Of a stretch of 45,369 bases of DNA, positions 39,232-45,369 are shown piece by piece; the stretch's first letter is position 1, and every line of letters starts with the position of its first letter. The stretch is from positions 1-45,369 of IMG/VR virus record IMGVR_UViG_3300033512_000238. One strand, given 5' to 3'. The notes beneath the pieces were generated by a model. That model did not search any database and was not told the DNA's origin. It saw nothing but the letters and a program-made list of their open reading frames with translations. Made by a program: the position numbers and the translations under genes. Source of the stretch: a virus.

Positions 39232-39805
39232 ATTCGACGACAGGCAACAAGCGGACCCGGGAAAAGAGCGGGCGGAGCGTCTCGCGCGGCTCGGGGTCCC
39301 GGAGAGATATATCGAACTCGAGATCGACCCCGCCGCCATTCCGGAGGCGGCTCGACAGTGGAGGACGAGACAAGGAAACCTTTTGATTTATGGCCGGGAG
39401 ACGGGGACAGGGAAAACGACGACGGCGGCGTTTTTGTGTAAGCTAATAGCGGAGACCGTCACCTCGTTTCGTTTCGTCGGCGTCCCGGACCTAATAATCC
39501 GGGCCCGCGCGACATGGAACGCGAAGCGAGGAGGGGAAACGGAGGACGAGATAGTCGACAAACTCGTCCGGCCGGGGGTCCTTATTCTCGACGACCTCGG
39601 GGCGGAGCAATCGAGCGAAACCTCTCTGCAGTTACTTTATGCGGTTATAGACGGACGGTGGTCCCAAAACCGGAGAACAGTCGTAACGACGAACCTCGAA
39701 CCGGCGGACCTCGTCGCGAGATACGGGGACAAAATAACGAGCCGGATATTTTCCGGGGTACAAGTACAATACAGCGGCAACGACCGCCGGATTTTTACAG
39801 CCTAA
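39170..39805 (+). CDS. DnaC/IstB-like AAA+ helicase loader
   Basis: Walker A GRETGTGKTT and Walker B VLILDDLG, then TTNL (sensor-like). Overlaps the upstream gene by 62 nt. Confidence 0.75.
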   Translation: MEQVTREEFRLSLTNLTAADRFDDRQQADPGKERAERLARLGVPERYIELEIDPAAIPEAARQWRTRQGNLLIYGRETGTGKTTTAAFLCKLIAETVTSFRFVGVPDLIIRARATWNAKRGGETEDEIVDKLVRPGVLILDDLGAEQSSETSLQLLYAVIDGRWSQNRRTVVTTNLEPADLVARYGDKITSRIFSGVQVQYSGNDRRIFTA

Positions 39806-39819
39806 CGAAAGGGCCGAAA

Positions 39820-40248
39820 ATGTGGATTTTTACGAATAAAAGTTTTTTATCAGCAGTCAAACACCGGGACAAACCGGAGACAATTATCCTGCGGGCCCGC
39901 CTCCGGAATCACCTCGAGGAGTTTATCGGGGACAATTGTCGGGGAATATGGGTAATAAAAGGGGATAAAAAAGCCCGCGGCGTTTTTGCTCTCGAGGTAT
40001 ACGAGACCCCTTACGCAGATTACCGTTTCCGGGTCGAGCTCCCGGCGGAGGTATTCGAGGACGCGGTCCGGGTCGCGGCGTCTCGTATTACTTACGACAA
40101 TTTCAAGAACTCAATAGAGGACGCGGCATACCACGACGCCGCGGTCGGCGTTTGGCGTGAAATGTTCGAAGCTCAAAGAGTTGAAGCCCGTCGAGATTGG
40201 GGCGGGGGCGTCAATGTAACACAAGAGGACGACGGGGAAATCGCATGA
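39820..40248 (+). CDS. hypothetical protein (142 aa)
   Basis: ATG 39820 with AAAGGG upstream, within ORF 39514..40248. No family recognised. Confidence 0.55.
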   Translation: MWIFTNKSFLSAVKHRDKPETIILRARLRNHLEEFIGDNCRGIWVIKGDKKARGVFALEVYETPYADYRFRVELPAEVFEDAVRVAASRITYDNFKNSIEDAAYHDAAVGVWREMFEAQRVEARRDWGGGVNVTQEDDGEIA

Positions 40249-40646
40249 GTACAACAGCGGAACGAATGACAGCGGCGGAGCGAATCGCCGAAAAGCTCAA
40301 GGAAAAAGGGATCGGGCGGAAAAAGCTCGCGGAGATGGTCGAGGCCCCGGCGGACCGGGTCTATAAAGTTTTGGGACAATTCACGACAGGGAACGCGGAG
40401 GAGCTCGCGAAATGGGAGGCGGCCGTCGATAGCTACGCGGAGGGCGTTATCTTTGAACCTCGAAAGCCGGGGAGCGATATTTACCGGGTCACGTTCAAAG
40501 CCTCGGGCGTTATACTCGGGACCGTATTCCCGGGGAAAGGCGCGTACCGTTGGCAGTTACGAAAGGACGGAAAAATCGCCGACTCCGGACCGTGTAAAAG
40601 TTATCAAGAGGGCCGGGCGAATATTATTAACCGGGCGTTTTGCTAA
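40245..40646 (+). CDS. putative HTH DNA-binding protein (133 aa)
   Basis: ATGA overlap with the upstream ORF. The N-terminal AERIAEKLKEKGIGRKKLAEMVEAPADRVYKVL is XRE-like HTH. The C-terminal beta-rich domain is unknown. Confidence 0.45.
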   Translation: MSTTAERMTAAERIAEKLKEKGIGRKKLAEMVEAPADRVYKVLGQFTTGNAEELAKWEAAVDSYAEGVIFEPRKPGSDIYRVTFKASGVILGTVFPGKGAYRWQLRKDGKIADSGPCKSYQEGRANIINRAFC

Positions 40647-40654
40647 AAATAAAC

Positions 40655-40699
40655 TTGTAAAATATTTGTTTTTGTGTTATATTTTCAAATGTAACAAAG
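40655..40699 (+). promoter_or_regulatory. promoter P4 (TTGTAA-17-TATATT) with near-palindromic box
   Basis: TTGTAA 40655-40660 and TATATT 40678-40683. Box TGTTATATTT-TC-AAATGTAACA at 40675-40696. Confidence 0.7.
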
Positions 40700-40814
40700 A
40701 GCGGCCCGGCGCTATCCGGGGAGAAAGCGGCGCGGGAGTTTATCCCGCGAGCCTCCCGGGGGGAAAGTCCTCCCGGGATTTATAACGGTTGTGACCTATA
40801 GAAAGGATGGGATT

Positions 40815-40970
40815 ATGAAATACGAAGTCCAAGTGACAAGAGTTCAAAAATATATTCTTGAAATTGAGGCTGAAAGTGAAGATGAGGCTGAAAATATTGT
40901 AACGGCTACCATCGAAAATGACCCCAAGGGGACGGTTGACGGAGAACACATAGGGATAGAAGTTTTATAA
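40815..40970 (+). CDS. DpnD/PcfM-like small protein (51 aa) in an AT-rich insert
   Basis: Not in the ORF track (<60 aa). AAAGGA RBS. MKYEVQVTRVQKYILEIEAESEDEAENIV fits the DpnD/PcfM pattern (from memory). Codon usage is visibly different from its neighbours (GAA, AAA, ATT, GTT). Confidence 0.5.
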   Translation: MKYEVQVTRVQKYILEIEAESEDEAENIVTATIENDPKGTVDGEHIGIEVL

Positions 40971-41025
40971 AAACCGCGTGAATTGCGCGAGTTTAACGAG
41001 CGTCAAATCGACGCGATAGATGTAT

Positions 41026-41055
41026 AAAAAAAACGACGAGGAGGTCGGAAAATGA
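41026..41055 (+). promoter_or_regulatory. junction/RBS cassette, copy 2 (with 11-codon relic ORF MYKKNDEEVGK)
   Basis: aaaaaaaacgacgaggaggtcggaaaatga. ATG 41052 of the exonuclease gene overlaps the TGA of the relic mini-ORF. Confidence 0.6.
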
Positions 41056-42065
41056 ATTATTCAAAAATGCAACCGGTACAAATGGCGAACCCTATCGAGG
41101 GGGACCGCCGCGGGCGTCTTATCACGATTGGGGGCTCTCAAATTGCGAGTATTCTCGGGCTCTCTCCTTTCGAAGGTTCGACGCCTCACTCGACGTGGTT
41201 ATATTTGACCGGACGCGACTCCGGGAAAGTACAAACCGAAGCGATGGAAATTGGGATAGAGATCGAGGCATTTATAGCGGACCTTTACGCGAAGAAAACG
41301 GGGAGAACTCTCCGGGAATCGCCGAAACTTTACGGAGTGCAGAACGACGACGAGTACGGCGGCTATTTCCTCGGAGATTATCCGTGGGCGGCGGCCTCTC
41401 CGGACCGGATAGTCCTCGCGGACGCTCTCGAAACGGACGAGGGCCTCGAGATCAAAAACGCCTCCGAATACGTCGCGGACCATTGGGAGGACGGCGTCCC
41501 GAAATATTATGAAGTACAGGCCCGGTGGTACATGGCTTTAACCGGTCTGCCCGTTTGGCATTTTGCCGCGCTTATTGGCGGGAACAAATTCCGGACATTC
41601 ACGGTAACAAGAGACCGGGACGAGGAAAACTATCTCCTCGAAACCGTCGGGGAGTGGTACGACAAACATATCGTAAACGATACGGAACCGGAAAAAACGG
41701 ACGACGAGTTCAAGGACGCGGCCCGGGTCGAGATTGTCGGCGGGAAATGGGTCGGAGACGCGGCGGGGTCGGATTTTGTCGACGACCTATTCGAGGAGCT
41801 CGCGGAAGCTACACAACACCGGAAAGAATGGGAACAAATCGAGGAGGAGAAAAAAGCCCAAATATTGAGACATTCCGAAGGATTCGCCGGAATAAAATCG
41901 GTCTCCGGCCGGTCTTATATGAAATGGACGGTCGCGAAGGATAAACGGGTCGTCGATTGGGAGGCGGTCGCGATAGCTCTCGGTGTTTTCGGTTCTCCGG
42001 AGATTATAGAATCGAATACAGGGACGAAACCGGGCAACTCTTACCCGCGTTTTACGTTGAAATAA
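41052..42065 (+). CDS. YqaJ / lambda-Exo-like PD-(D/E)XK recombination exonuclease
   Basis: IGGSQIASILGLSPFEGSTPHSTW ... MEIGIEIE ... GLEIKNAS is the YqaJ pattern (D ... E-x-K). Confidence 0.75.
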   Translation: MNYSKMQPVQMANPIEGDRRGRLITIGGSQIASILGLSPFEGSTPHSTWLYLTGRDSGKVQTEAMEIGIEIEAFIADLYAKKTGRTLRESPKLYGVQNDDEYGGYFLGDYPWAAASPDRIVLADALETDEGLEIKNASEYVADHWEDGVPKYYEVQARWYMALTGLPVWHFAALIGGNKFRTFTVTRDRDEENYLLETVGEWYDKHIVNDTEPEKTDDEFKDAARVEIVGGKWVGDAAGSDFVDDLFEELAEATQHRKEWEQIEEEKKAQILRHSEGFAGIKSVSGRSYMKWTVAKDKRVVDWEAVAIALGVFGSPEIIESNTGTKPGNSYPRFTLK

Positions 42066-42074
42066 AAGCACATA

Positions 42075-42100
42075 GGCCCGGGGCTCTCCCGGGCCGTTTT
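42075..42100 (+). terminator. intrinsic terminator
   Basis: GGCCCGGG 42075-42082 pairs with CCCGGGCC 42088-42095, then GTTTT. Confidence 0.7.
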
Positions 42101-42119
42101 CATTTTGTCAAAAAAAGAG

Positions 42120-42163
42120 TGGATAATCTCCGCGGATAGTGTTATATTTTCAAATGTAACAAC
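42120..42163 (+). promoter_or_regulatory. promoter P5 (TGGATA-17-TATATT) with near-palindromic box
   Basis: TATATT 42143-42148. Box TGTTATATTT-TC-AAATGTAACA at 42140-42161. Leader hairpin CCCGG-CGAA-CCGGG at 42170-42183. Confidence 0.7.
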
Positions 42164-42193
42164 AAACGACCCGGCGAACCGGGACACAGGACA

Positions 42194-42223
42194 CCCCGAC
42201 GGGGAAAACAAAAGGCGGACCAA
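42194..42223 (+). promoter_or_regulatory. leader hairpin + Shine-Dalgarno unit, copy 5
   Basis: CCCC-GAC-GGGG followed by AAAACAAAAGGCGGACCAA then ATG 42224. Confidence 0.55.
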
Positions 42224-42598
42224 ATGACACAAGCGGAAAAAACAACAGCAAAAGAACAACTCGAGAAAATGCTCGCGAGCCTCGACCGGGACGACGCGAA
42301 CCTCAAAGCAAGAACGACAGAACTCGACTTTTTTGTCGTAAAGCTCGGGGCCTCTTATTTAGTCGAAGAAAACGTAGACAAGAAGCTCGAGGACGGTATC
42401 TTGTTTCCTCACCTCGGGAACGCGACGACATACGCGGCTAAACACCACGCGGCGTCTATCGCAAACCGGGTGAAGAACGGAAACGGAGCCGGGAGCGTTG
42501 TTCTTAAATTGTCGGAAGCTATCGCGGCGGAGCTCAAAGAGAACGAGGAGTCTCGCGCGTTTATTATCGGCGGCCTCGAGAGATTAGATACAATTTAA
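42224..42598 (+). CDS. hypothetical protein (124 aa)
   Basis: First ORF after P5. No family recognised. Confidence 0.6.
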   Translation: MTQAEKTTAKEQLEKMLASLDRDDANLKARTTELDFFVVKLGASYLVEENVDKKLEDGILFPHLGNATTYAAKHHAASIANRVKNGNGAGSVVLKLSEAIAAELKENEESRAFIIGGLERLDTI

Positions 42599-42605
42599 GA
42601 GACAG

Positions 42606-42628
42606 GGCCCGGGGAAATCTCCCGGGCC
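42606..42628 (+). other. GGCCCGGG/CCCGGGCC intercistronic stem-loop (no U-tract)
   Basis: GGCCCGGG 42606-42613 pairs with CCCGGGCC 42621-42628, followed by ATTCAAG. Confidence 0.45.
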
Positions 42629-42638
42629 ATTCAAGAAA

Positions 42639-42667
42639 GCCCGACGGGCAAAACAAAGGCGGACAAA
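42639..42667 (+). promoter_or_regulatory. leader hairpin + Shine-Dalgarno unit, copy 6
   Basis: GCCC-GAC-GGGC followed by AAAACAAAGGCGGACAAA then ATG 42668. Confidence 0.55.
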
Positions 42668-42922
42668 ATGACAGAACGGGACAAACTAATCGAGGACGCG
42701 TGCGCGGCTATTTCGGCCGTAGAGATGTTCGCTTTTAATATTTTGGAAAATGCGAAAGCAAGACACCGGGCCGGGGCGGCTTTCGAAATCACGGCGAACG
42801 ACCTCTCTTTTGCAATTCTCGAAGAGGTCGGGAGAAACCCGGGAGCAATCAAAACGGTATTTATAGCGGCGGCGGACACCGTCGAGGCATTAAGAAAAAA
42901 CGACGAGGAGGTCGGAAAATGA
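42668..42922 (+). CDS. hypothetical protein (84 aa) ending in the KNDEEVGK junction cassette
   Basis: ORF track. The C-terminal 8 residues and their nucleotides are identical to the end of 14451..14702. Confidence 0.55.
   Translation: MTERDKLIEDACAAISAVEMFAFNILENAKARHRAGAAFEITANDLSFAILEEVGRNPGAIKTVFIAAADTVEALRKNDEEVGK
42894..42922 (+). promoter_or_regulatory. junction/RBS cassette, copy 3
   Basis: agaaaaaacgacgaggaggtcggaaaatga. ATG 42919 overlaps TGA 42920-42922. Confidence 0.6.
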
Positions 42923-43776
42923 CAACAGCAAGCGTAGAACAAACGGCGATGGTTTTCGGGGCGGTAGAGTTCGAAAACGTAACGGAGAAAAGAGACCCGG
43001 TGGCGGTCGTAGTGGAGCAGTTCGAAACATTCCGGGCAACGGTCCCGGCGGTTCTCAAAATCAACACAGAGGACGAGCTCCTCGCGAGTGACGGGCTTTT
43101 GAAATCGGCGAAACGTCTCTACGTTTTCGCGGAGGACACGCGGAAAGAACTCGTCGGACCGCTAAACGGCGAAGTGAAGAGAATAAACGAGACCTTCCGA
43201 CAAATAACCGGGCCTCTCGAGAGTCTCGAATCGACGATAAAGGCGGCTATTTTGGAGCACCGGAGAGAACAACAATGGATCGCCGACGAGGCTCGAAGAG
43301 TAGCGGAAGCGGCTCGACTCGCAAAAGAGGCGGAACTCCGGGCGGAAGCGGAAAAGCAAGCGCGACAGGCGGAGGAGAATCGGCTCGAGGCGGAGCGGAA
43401 ACGCCGGGAGGCGGAGGAACTCGAGGGGAGAGAACGGGCGGCGCTTTTGAGAAGCGCGGCGGCGGACGAGGCCCGGGCCCAAAAACAAGACACGGCCGCG
43501 ACGGAATCGGCATTCCTCGCAACGGCGGTGGCGTCGGTCCCGGTCGAGGCGAAAACACTCCCGAAAATAGCCGGGACCTCGGTCGCGACAACGTACAAAA
43601 CCGGGGTAACTGACAAGGCGGCTTTTGTTCGTTGGGCTCTCGAAAATGGCGGCCTCCATTTCCTCGACATAAATATCGGTATGCTCGACAAAATGGCGGC
43701 AACAACGAAAGGCGCTCAACAATGGCCCGGCGTCGAGGTTCAAACGGTCGAGCAGGTTCGCTCGTCGAGAAAATAG
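42919..43776 (+). CDS. coiled-coil recombination-accessory candidate (Gam / Gp157 / DUF1351-like?), 285 aa
   Basis: The central region is an extremely charged helix (AEAARLAKEAELRAEAEKQARQAEENRLEAERKRREAEELE). The N-terminal pattern loosely recalls Mu Gam-like proteins. Lies in the exonuclease/annealase neighbourhood. Confidence 0.3.
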   Translation: MTTASVEQTAMVFGAVEFENVTEKRDPVAVVVEQFETFRATVPAVLKINTEDELLASDGLLKSAKRLYVFAEDTRKELVGPLNGEVKRINETFRQITGPLESLESTIKAAILEHRREQQWIADEARRVAEAARLAKEAELRAEAEKQARQAEENRLEAERKRREAEELEGRERAALLRSAAADEARAQKQDTAATESAFLATAVASVPVEAKTLPKIAGTSVATTYKTGVTDKAAFVRWALENGGLHFLDINIGMLDKMAATTKGAQQWPGVEVQTVEQVRSSRK

Positions 43777-43783
43777 TCTAACC

Positions 43784-43809
43784 GGCCCCGGGGGACCTCG
43801 GGGCCTTTT
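43784..43809 (+). terminator. intrinsic terminator
   Basis: GGCCCCG 43784-43790 pairs with CGGGGCC 43799-43805, then TTTT. Confidence 0.65.
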
Positions 43810-43818
43810 GGGGGTAAA

Positions 43819-44058
43819 ATGGGAAAGGACGACGCGGGAGACCGCGAGGAGCAACTCGAGAGACTTTTCCGGCTCGTCCGGGGGATGCGAGTTTTTCAGA
43901 AAAAAACAGTATTTGCGCCGAACGATTACTCGAGACTCGACGAGGCGGAGCGGAGAGTCGACGCGGTACTATTTGAAAATAAGCGGCTCGAGTTCGACCT
44001 ATCAATCGAGCCCGAAATAATACAGGCGAATATATTCGGACCTAACGGGGAGTTCTAA
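43819..44058 (+). CDS. hypothetical protein (79 aa)
   Basis: ORF track. No family recognised. Confidence 0.5.
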   Translation: MGKDDAGDREEQLERLFRLVRGMRVFQKKTVFAPNDYSRLDEAERRVDAVLFENKRLEFDLSIEPEIIQANIFGPNGEF

Positions 44059-44060
44059 GC

Positions 44061-44336
44061 GTGAAACAGTACATAAAAAACTATTTTGATTCAATAGGGG
44101 AACCGCCAAACGAGAACGTCAAGTGCGAAGTATGCGGAGCCCGGGCGGTCGATATTCACCACATCGACGCGCGAGGCATGGGAGGTTCAAAGCTCAAGGA
44201 CGGGGCGGAGAACCTCGTCGCGTTGTGTCGCTCGTGCCATGAGAAGTTCGAAGGGCGAAAACAGCACAAAGAACAGCTAAAAACAATCGCGGCGGAGAGA
44301 ATGAGAAAGGCGGAAAAATGGCTTTCGAAAAAGTAA
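44061..44336 (+). CDS. small HNH endonuclease (91 aa)
   Basis: CEVCGARAVDIHHIDARGMGG ... ENLVALCRSCHEKF gives CxxC ... HH ... N ... CxxCH. Confidence 0.8.
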   Translation: MKQYIKNYFDSIGEPPNENVKCEVCGARAVDIHHIDARGMGGSKLKDGAENLVALCRSCHEKFEGRKQHKEQLKTIAAERMRKAEKWLSKK

Positions 44337-44536
44337 AAGGGAGCGGCGGGCCGTCAATCTCGGTCGAGTGCGTAGGTTTTGACGAGTGCAAACATTTTGT
44401 GGCCTTTGGTTCAAATTGTCGCTTTTACGATTGGAACGGGGACCGCAATATCTGTAAGTCATTAGAGGGAGCGGAAGAGGCCGTCCGCGAGGCATGGCTC
44501 CGGAATGAATTGTACACGGCGGAGGAGGTCGAGTAA
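44318..44536 (+). CDS. hypothetical Cys-containing protein (72 aa)
   Basis: ORF track. Four Cys (C..C ... C ... C). Overlaps the upstream gene by 19 nt. Confidence 0.45.
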   Translation: MAFEKVKGSGGPSISVECVGFDECKHFVAFGSNCRFYDWNGDRNICKSLEGAEEAVREAWLRNELYTAEEVE

Positions 44537-44721
44537 TGGAAAAGCAAACCTACACAATGACAGCCGGGCGGGTACGGGCGGGGAAACGCGAGAAAGTCGC
44601 GGCCGCGGTCGAAAAGCTCGAGGGCCCGGTCCTCGTCTCAGTTCGCCGGGAGGACGGGAAAATCGAAGTGCGATCAATGGCCCCGGCCGACGCGGCTCGA
44701 CATATTAGGGGGCAGGAGTGA
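44536..44721 (+). CDS. hypothetical protein (61 aa)
   Basis: ATG 44536 overlaps the upstream TAA (TAATG). Confidence 0.45.
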   Translation: MEKQTYTMTAGRVRAGKREKVAAAVEKLEGPVLVSVRREDGKIEVRSMAPADAARHIRGQE

Positions 44722-45281
44722 ATAGCGGGGCGGCGGTAGCTCGCAAAAGGCCGCGAGACGTCGAGGGACCTCGACAGCGGGCGTTTTTCGAGGCGGTCGG
44801 GCATTTCCTCCGGCTCGACCCTCGATGGGACGGAATACACGCCATTCCGAACGGACACAAGCGGAGCAAATCGGACGCGGCGAAAATCAAAGCGGAGGGA
44901 GGCCGGGCGGGCGTTTGGGATATTTTCCTCCCGTTCCCGACAAAAGGGGCGGCGGGGCTCTACTTGGAGTATAAAGGCGCCGACGATTCGACGCTCTCGG
45001 AAGAGCAGAGAACATTCGCGAAGCTCCTCGCGCCTCGCGGGTATCGGTTCGCAATAGTTAGGGACGCGAAAGAGGGTGTGGAGGCGGTTCGCCGTTATCT
45101 CGAGACGGGGCTCGGGACGTATCACGGAGGAACAGGGCGAAAGCTCAAGACGAGAGACGCGGAGATCGAGCTCGACGAGAGGAACGTCGACGGGAGCAAA
45201 ACAGCGATTTTGTATAAATACGACCCGCAACTCGTAACAATAAAGGGGGTAGGGTGTACGGATCAACCAAAACCGGAGTGA
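44718..45281 (+). CDS. VRR-NUC domain nuclease (PD-(D/E)XK)
   Basis: GTGA overlap with the upstream ORF. GVWDIFLPFP ... GLYLEYKGADDSTLSEEQRTFAKLLAPRGYRFAIV matches the VRR-NUC D ... E-x-K ... Q pattern. The 3' end lies in the terminal repeat. Confidence 0.75.
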   Translation: MNSGAAVARKRPRDVEGPRQRAFFEAVGHFLRLDPRWDGIHAIPNGHKRSKSDAAKIKAEGGRAGVWDIFLPFPTKGAAGLYLEYKGADDSTLSEEQRTFAKLLAPRGYRFAIVRDAKEGVEAVRRYLETGLGTYHGGTGRKLKTRDAEIELDERNVDGSKTAILYKYDPQLVTIKGVGCTDQPKPE

Positions 45282-45369
45282 TGAAGAGAGACCACGGGTA
45301 CGGCGTGAACATTGATTACGGGGAAGAAACAACGGAGACGGAAAGCGTCGGGCCGTTCTATACTTTCGA
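45229..45369. repeat. terminal direct repeat, right copy (identical to 1..141)
   Basis: Same 141 nt as the window start. It contains the 3' end of the VRR-NUC gene and the start of the ORF annotated at 53..256. Confidence 0.9.

Noticed and set aside
40700-40814. The structured GC-rich leader after P4 as a tRNA or other known small RNA gene.
   Set aside because: It forms three simple consecutive hairpins. There is no cloverleaf, T-loop (GTTCGAATC-like) or anticodon arm arrangement. I saw no tRNA-like sequence anywhere in the window by eye, though a tRNAscan run would be needed for certainty.

Overview
The window is one complete tailed dsDNA phage genome assembled as a circle. Bases 1-141 are identical to 45229-45369, so the unique unit is 45,228 bp. 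All credible genes (about 70) lie on the + strand, tightly packed, with many ATGA/GTGA/TAATG/TTGA stop-start overlaps.

Gene order:
- 0.05-2.6 kb: small ORFs, an HNH endonuclease and a ParB-domain DNA methyltransferase.
- 2.8-10.4 kb: terminase small and large subunits, portal, and a 1,328-aa MuF-type polyvalent head protein carrying a kinase-like module and a C-terminal ADP-ribosyltransferase module.
- 10.5-16.3 kb: an early block of mostly unknown small genes behind sigma70-like promoters. It includes a DUF3846-like protein, a degenerate frameshifted homing-endonuclease-like gene, a DEDDh exonuclease and an ASCH-like protein.
- 16.3-16.8 kb: a late control region.
- 16.8-35.1 kb: head, neck, contractile tail, baseplate and fibre genes.
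- 35.1-37.1 kb: lysis enzymes (GH108 muramidase plus C92-type peptidase).
- 37.3-43.8 kb: replication and recombination genes behind three more promoters.
- 43.8-45.3 kb: small genes, a second HNH and a VRR-NUC nuclease that run across the circular junction.

I saw no integrase or lysogeny module, tRNA, rRNA, CRISPR array, reverse transcriptase or DNA polymerase.

The most unusual content:
1. The virion-delivered MuF + kinase-like + ART polyvalent protein.
2. A 24-nt near-palindromic box fused to the -10 of five promoters.
3. A strong promoter followed within about 100 nt by a strong intrinsic terminator directly in front of the structural operon (a lambda Q/6S-like layout).
4. Reiterated leader hairpin/Shine-Dalgarno units and a 27-30-nt junction cassette.
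5. GCAAA arrays upstream of two promoters.
6. Recoding candidates: a -1 site in a homing-endonuclease-like gene, the tail-chaperone -1 site, and in-frame TAG junctions in the fibre module.
7. Strong over-representation of CTCGAG/TCGA.

All family names come from motifs read in the translations and recalled from memory. No database search was run.
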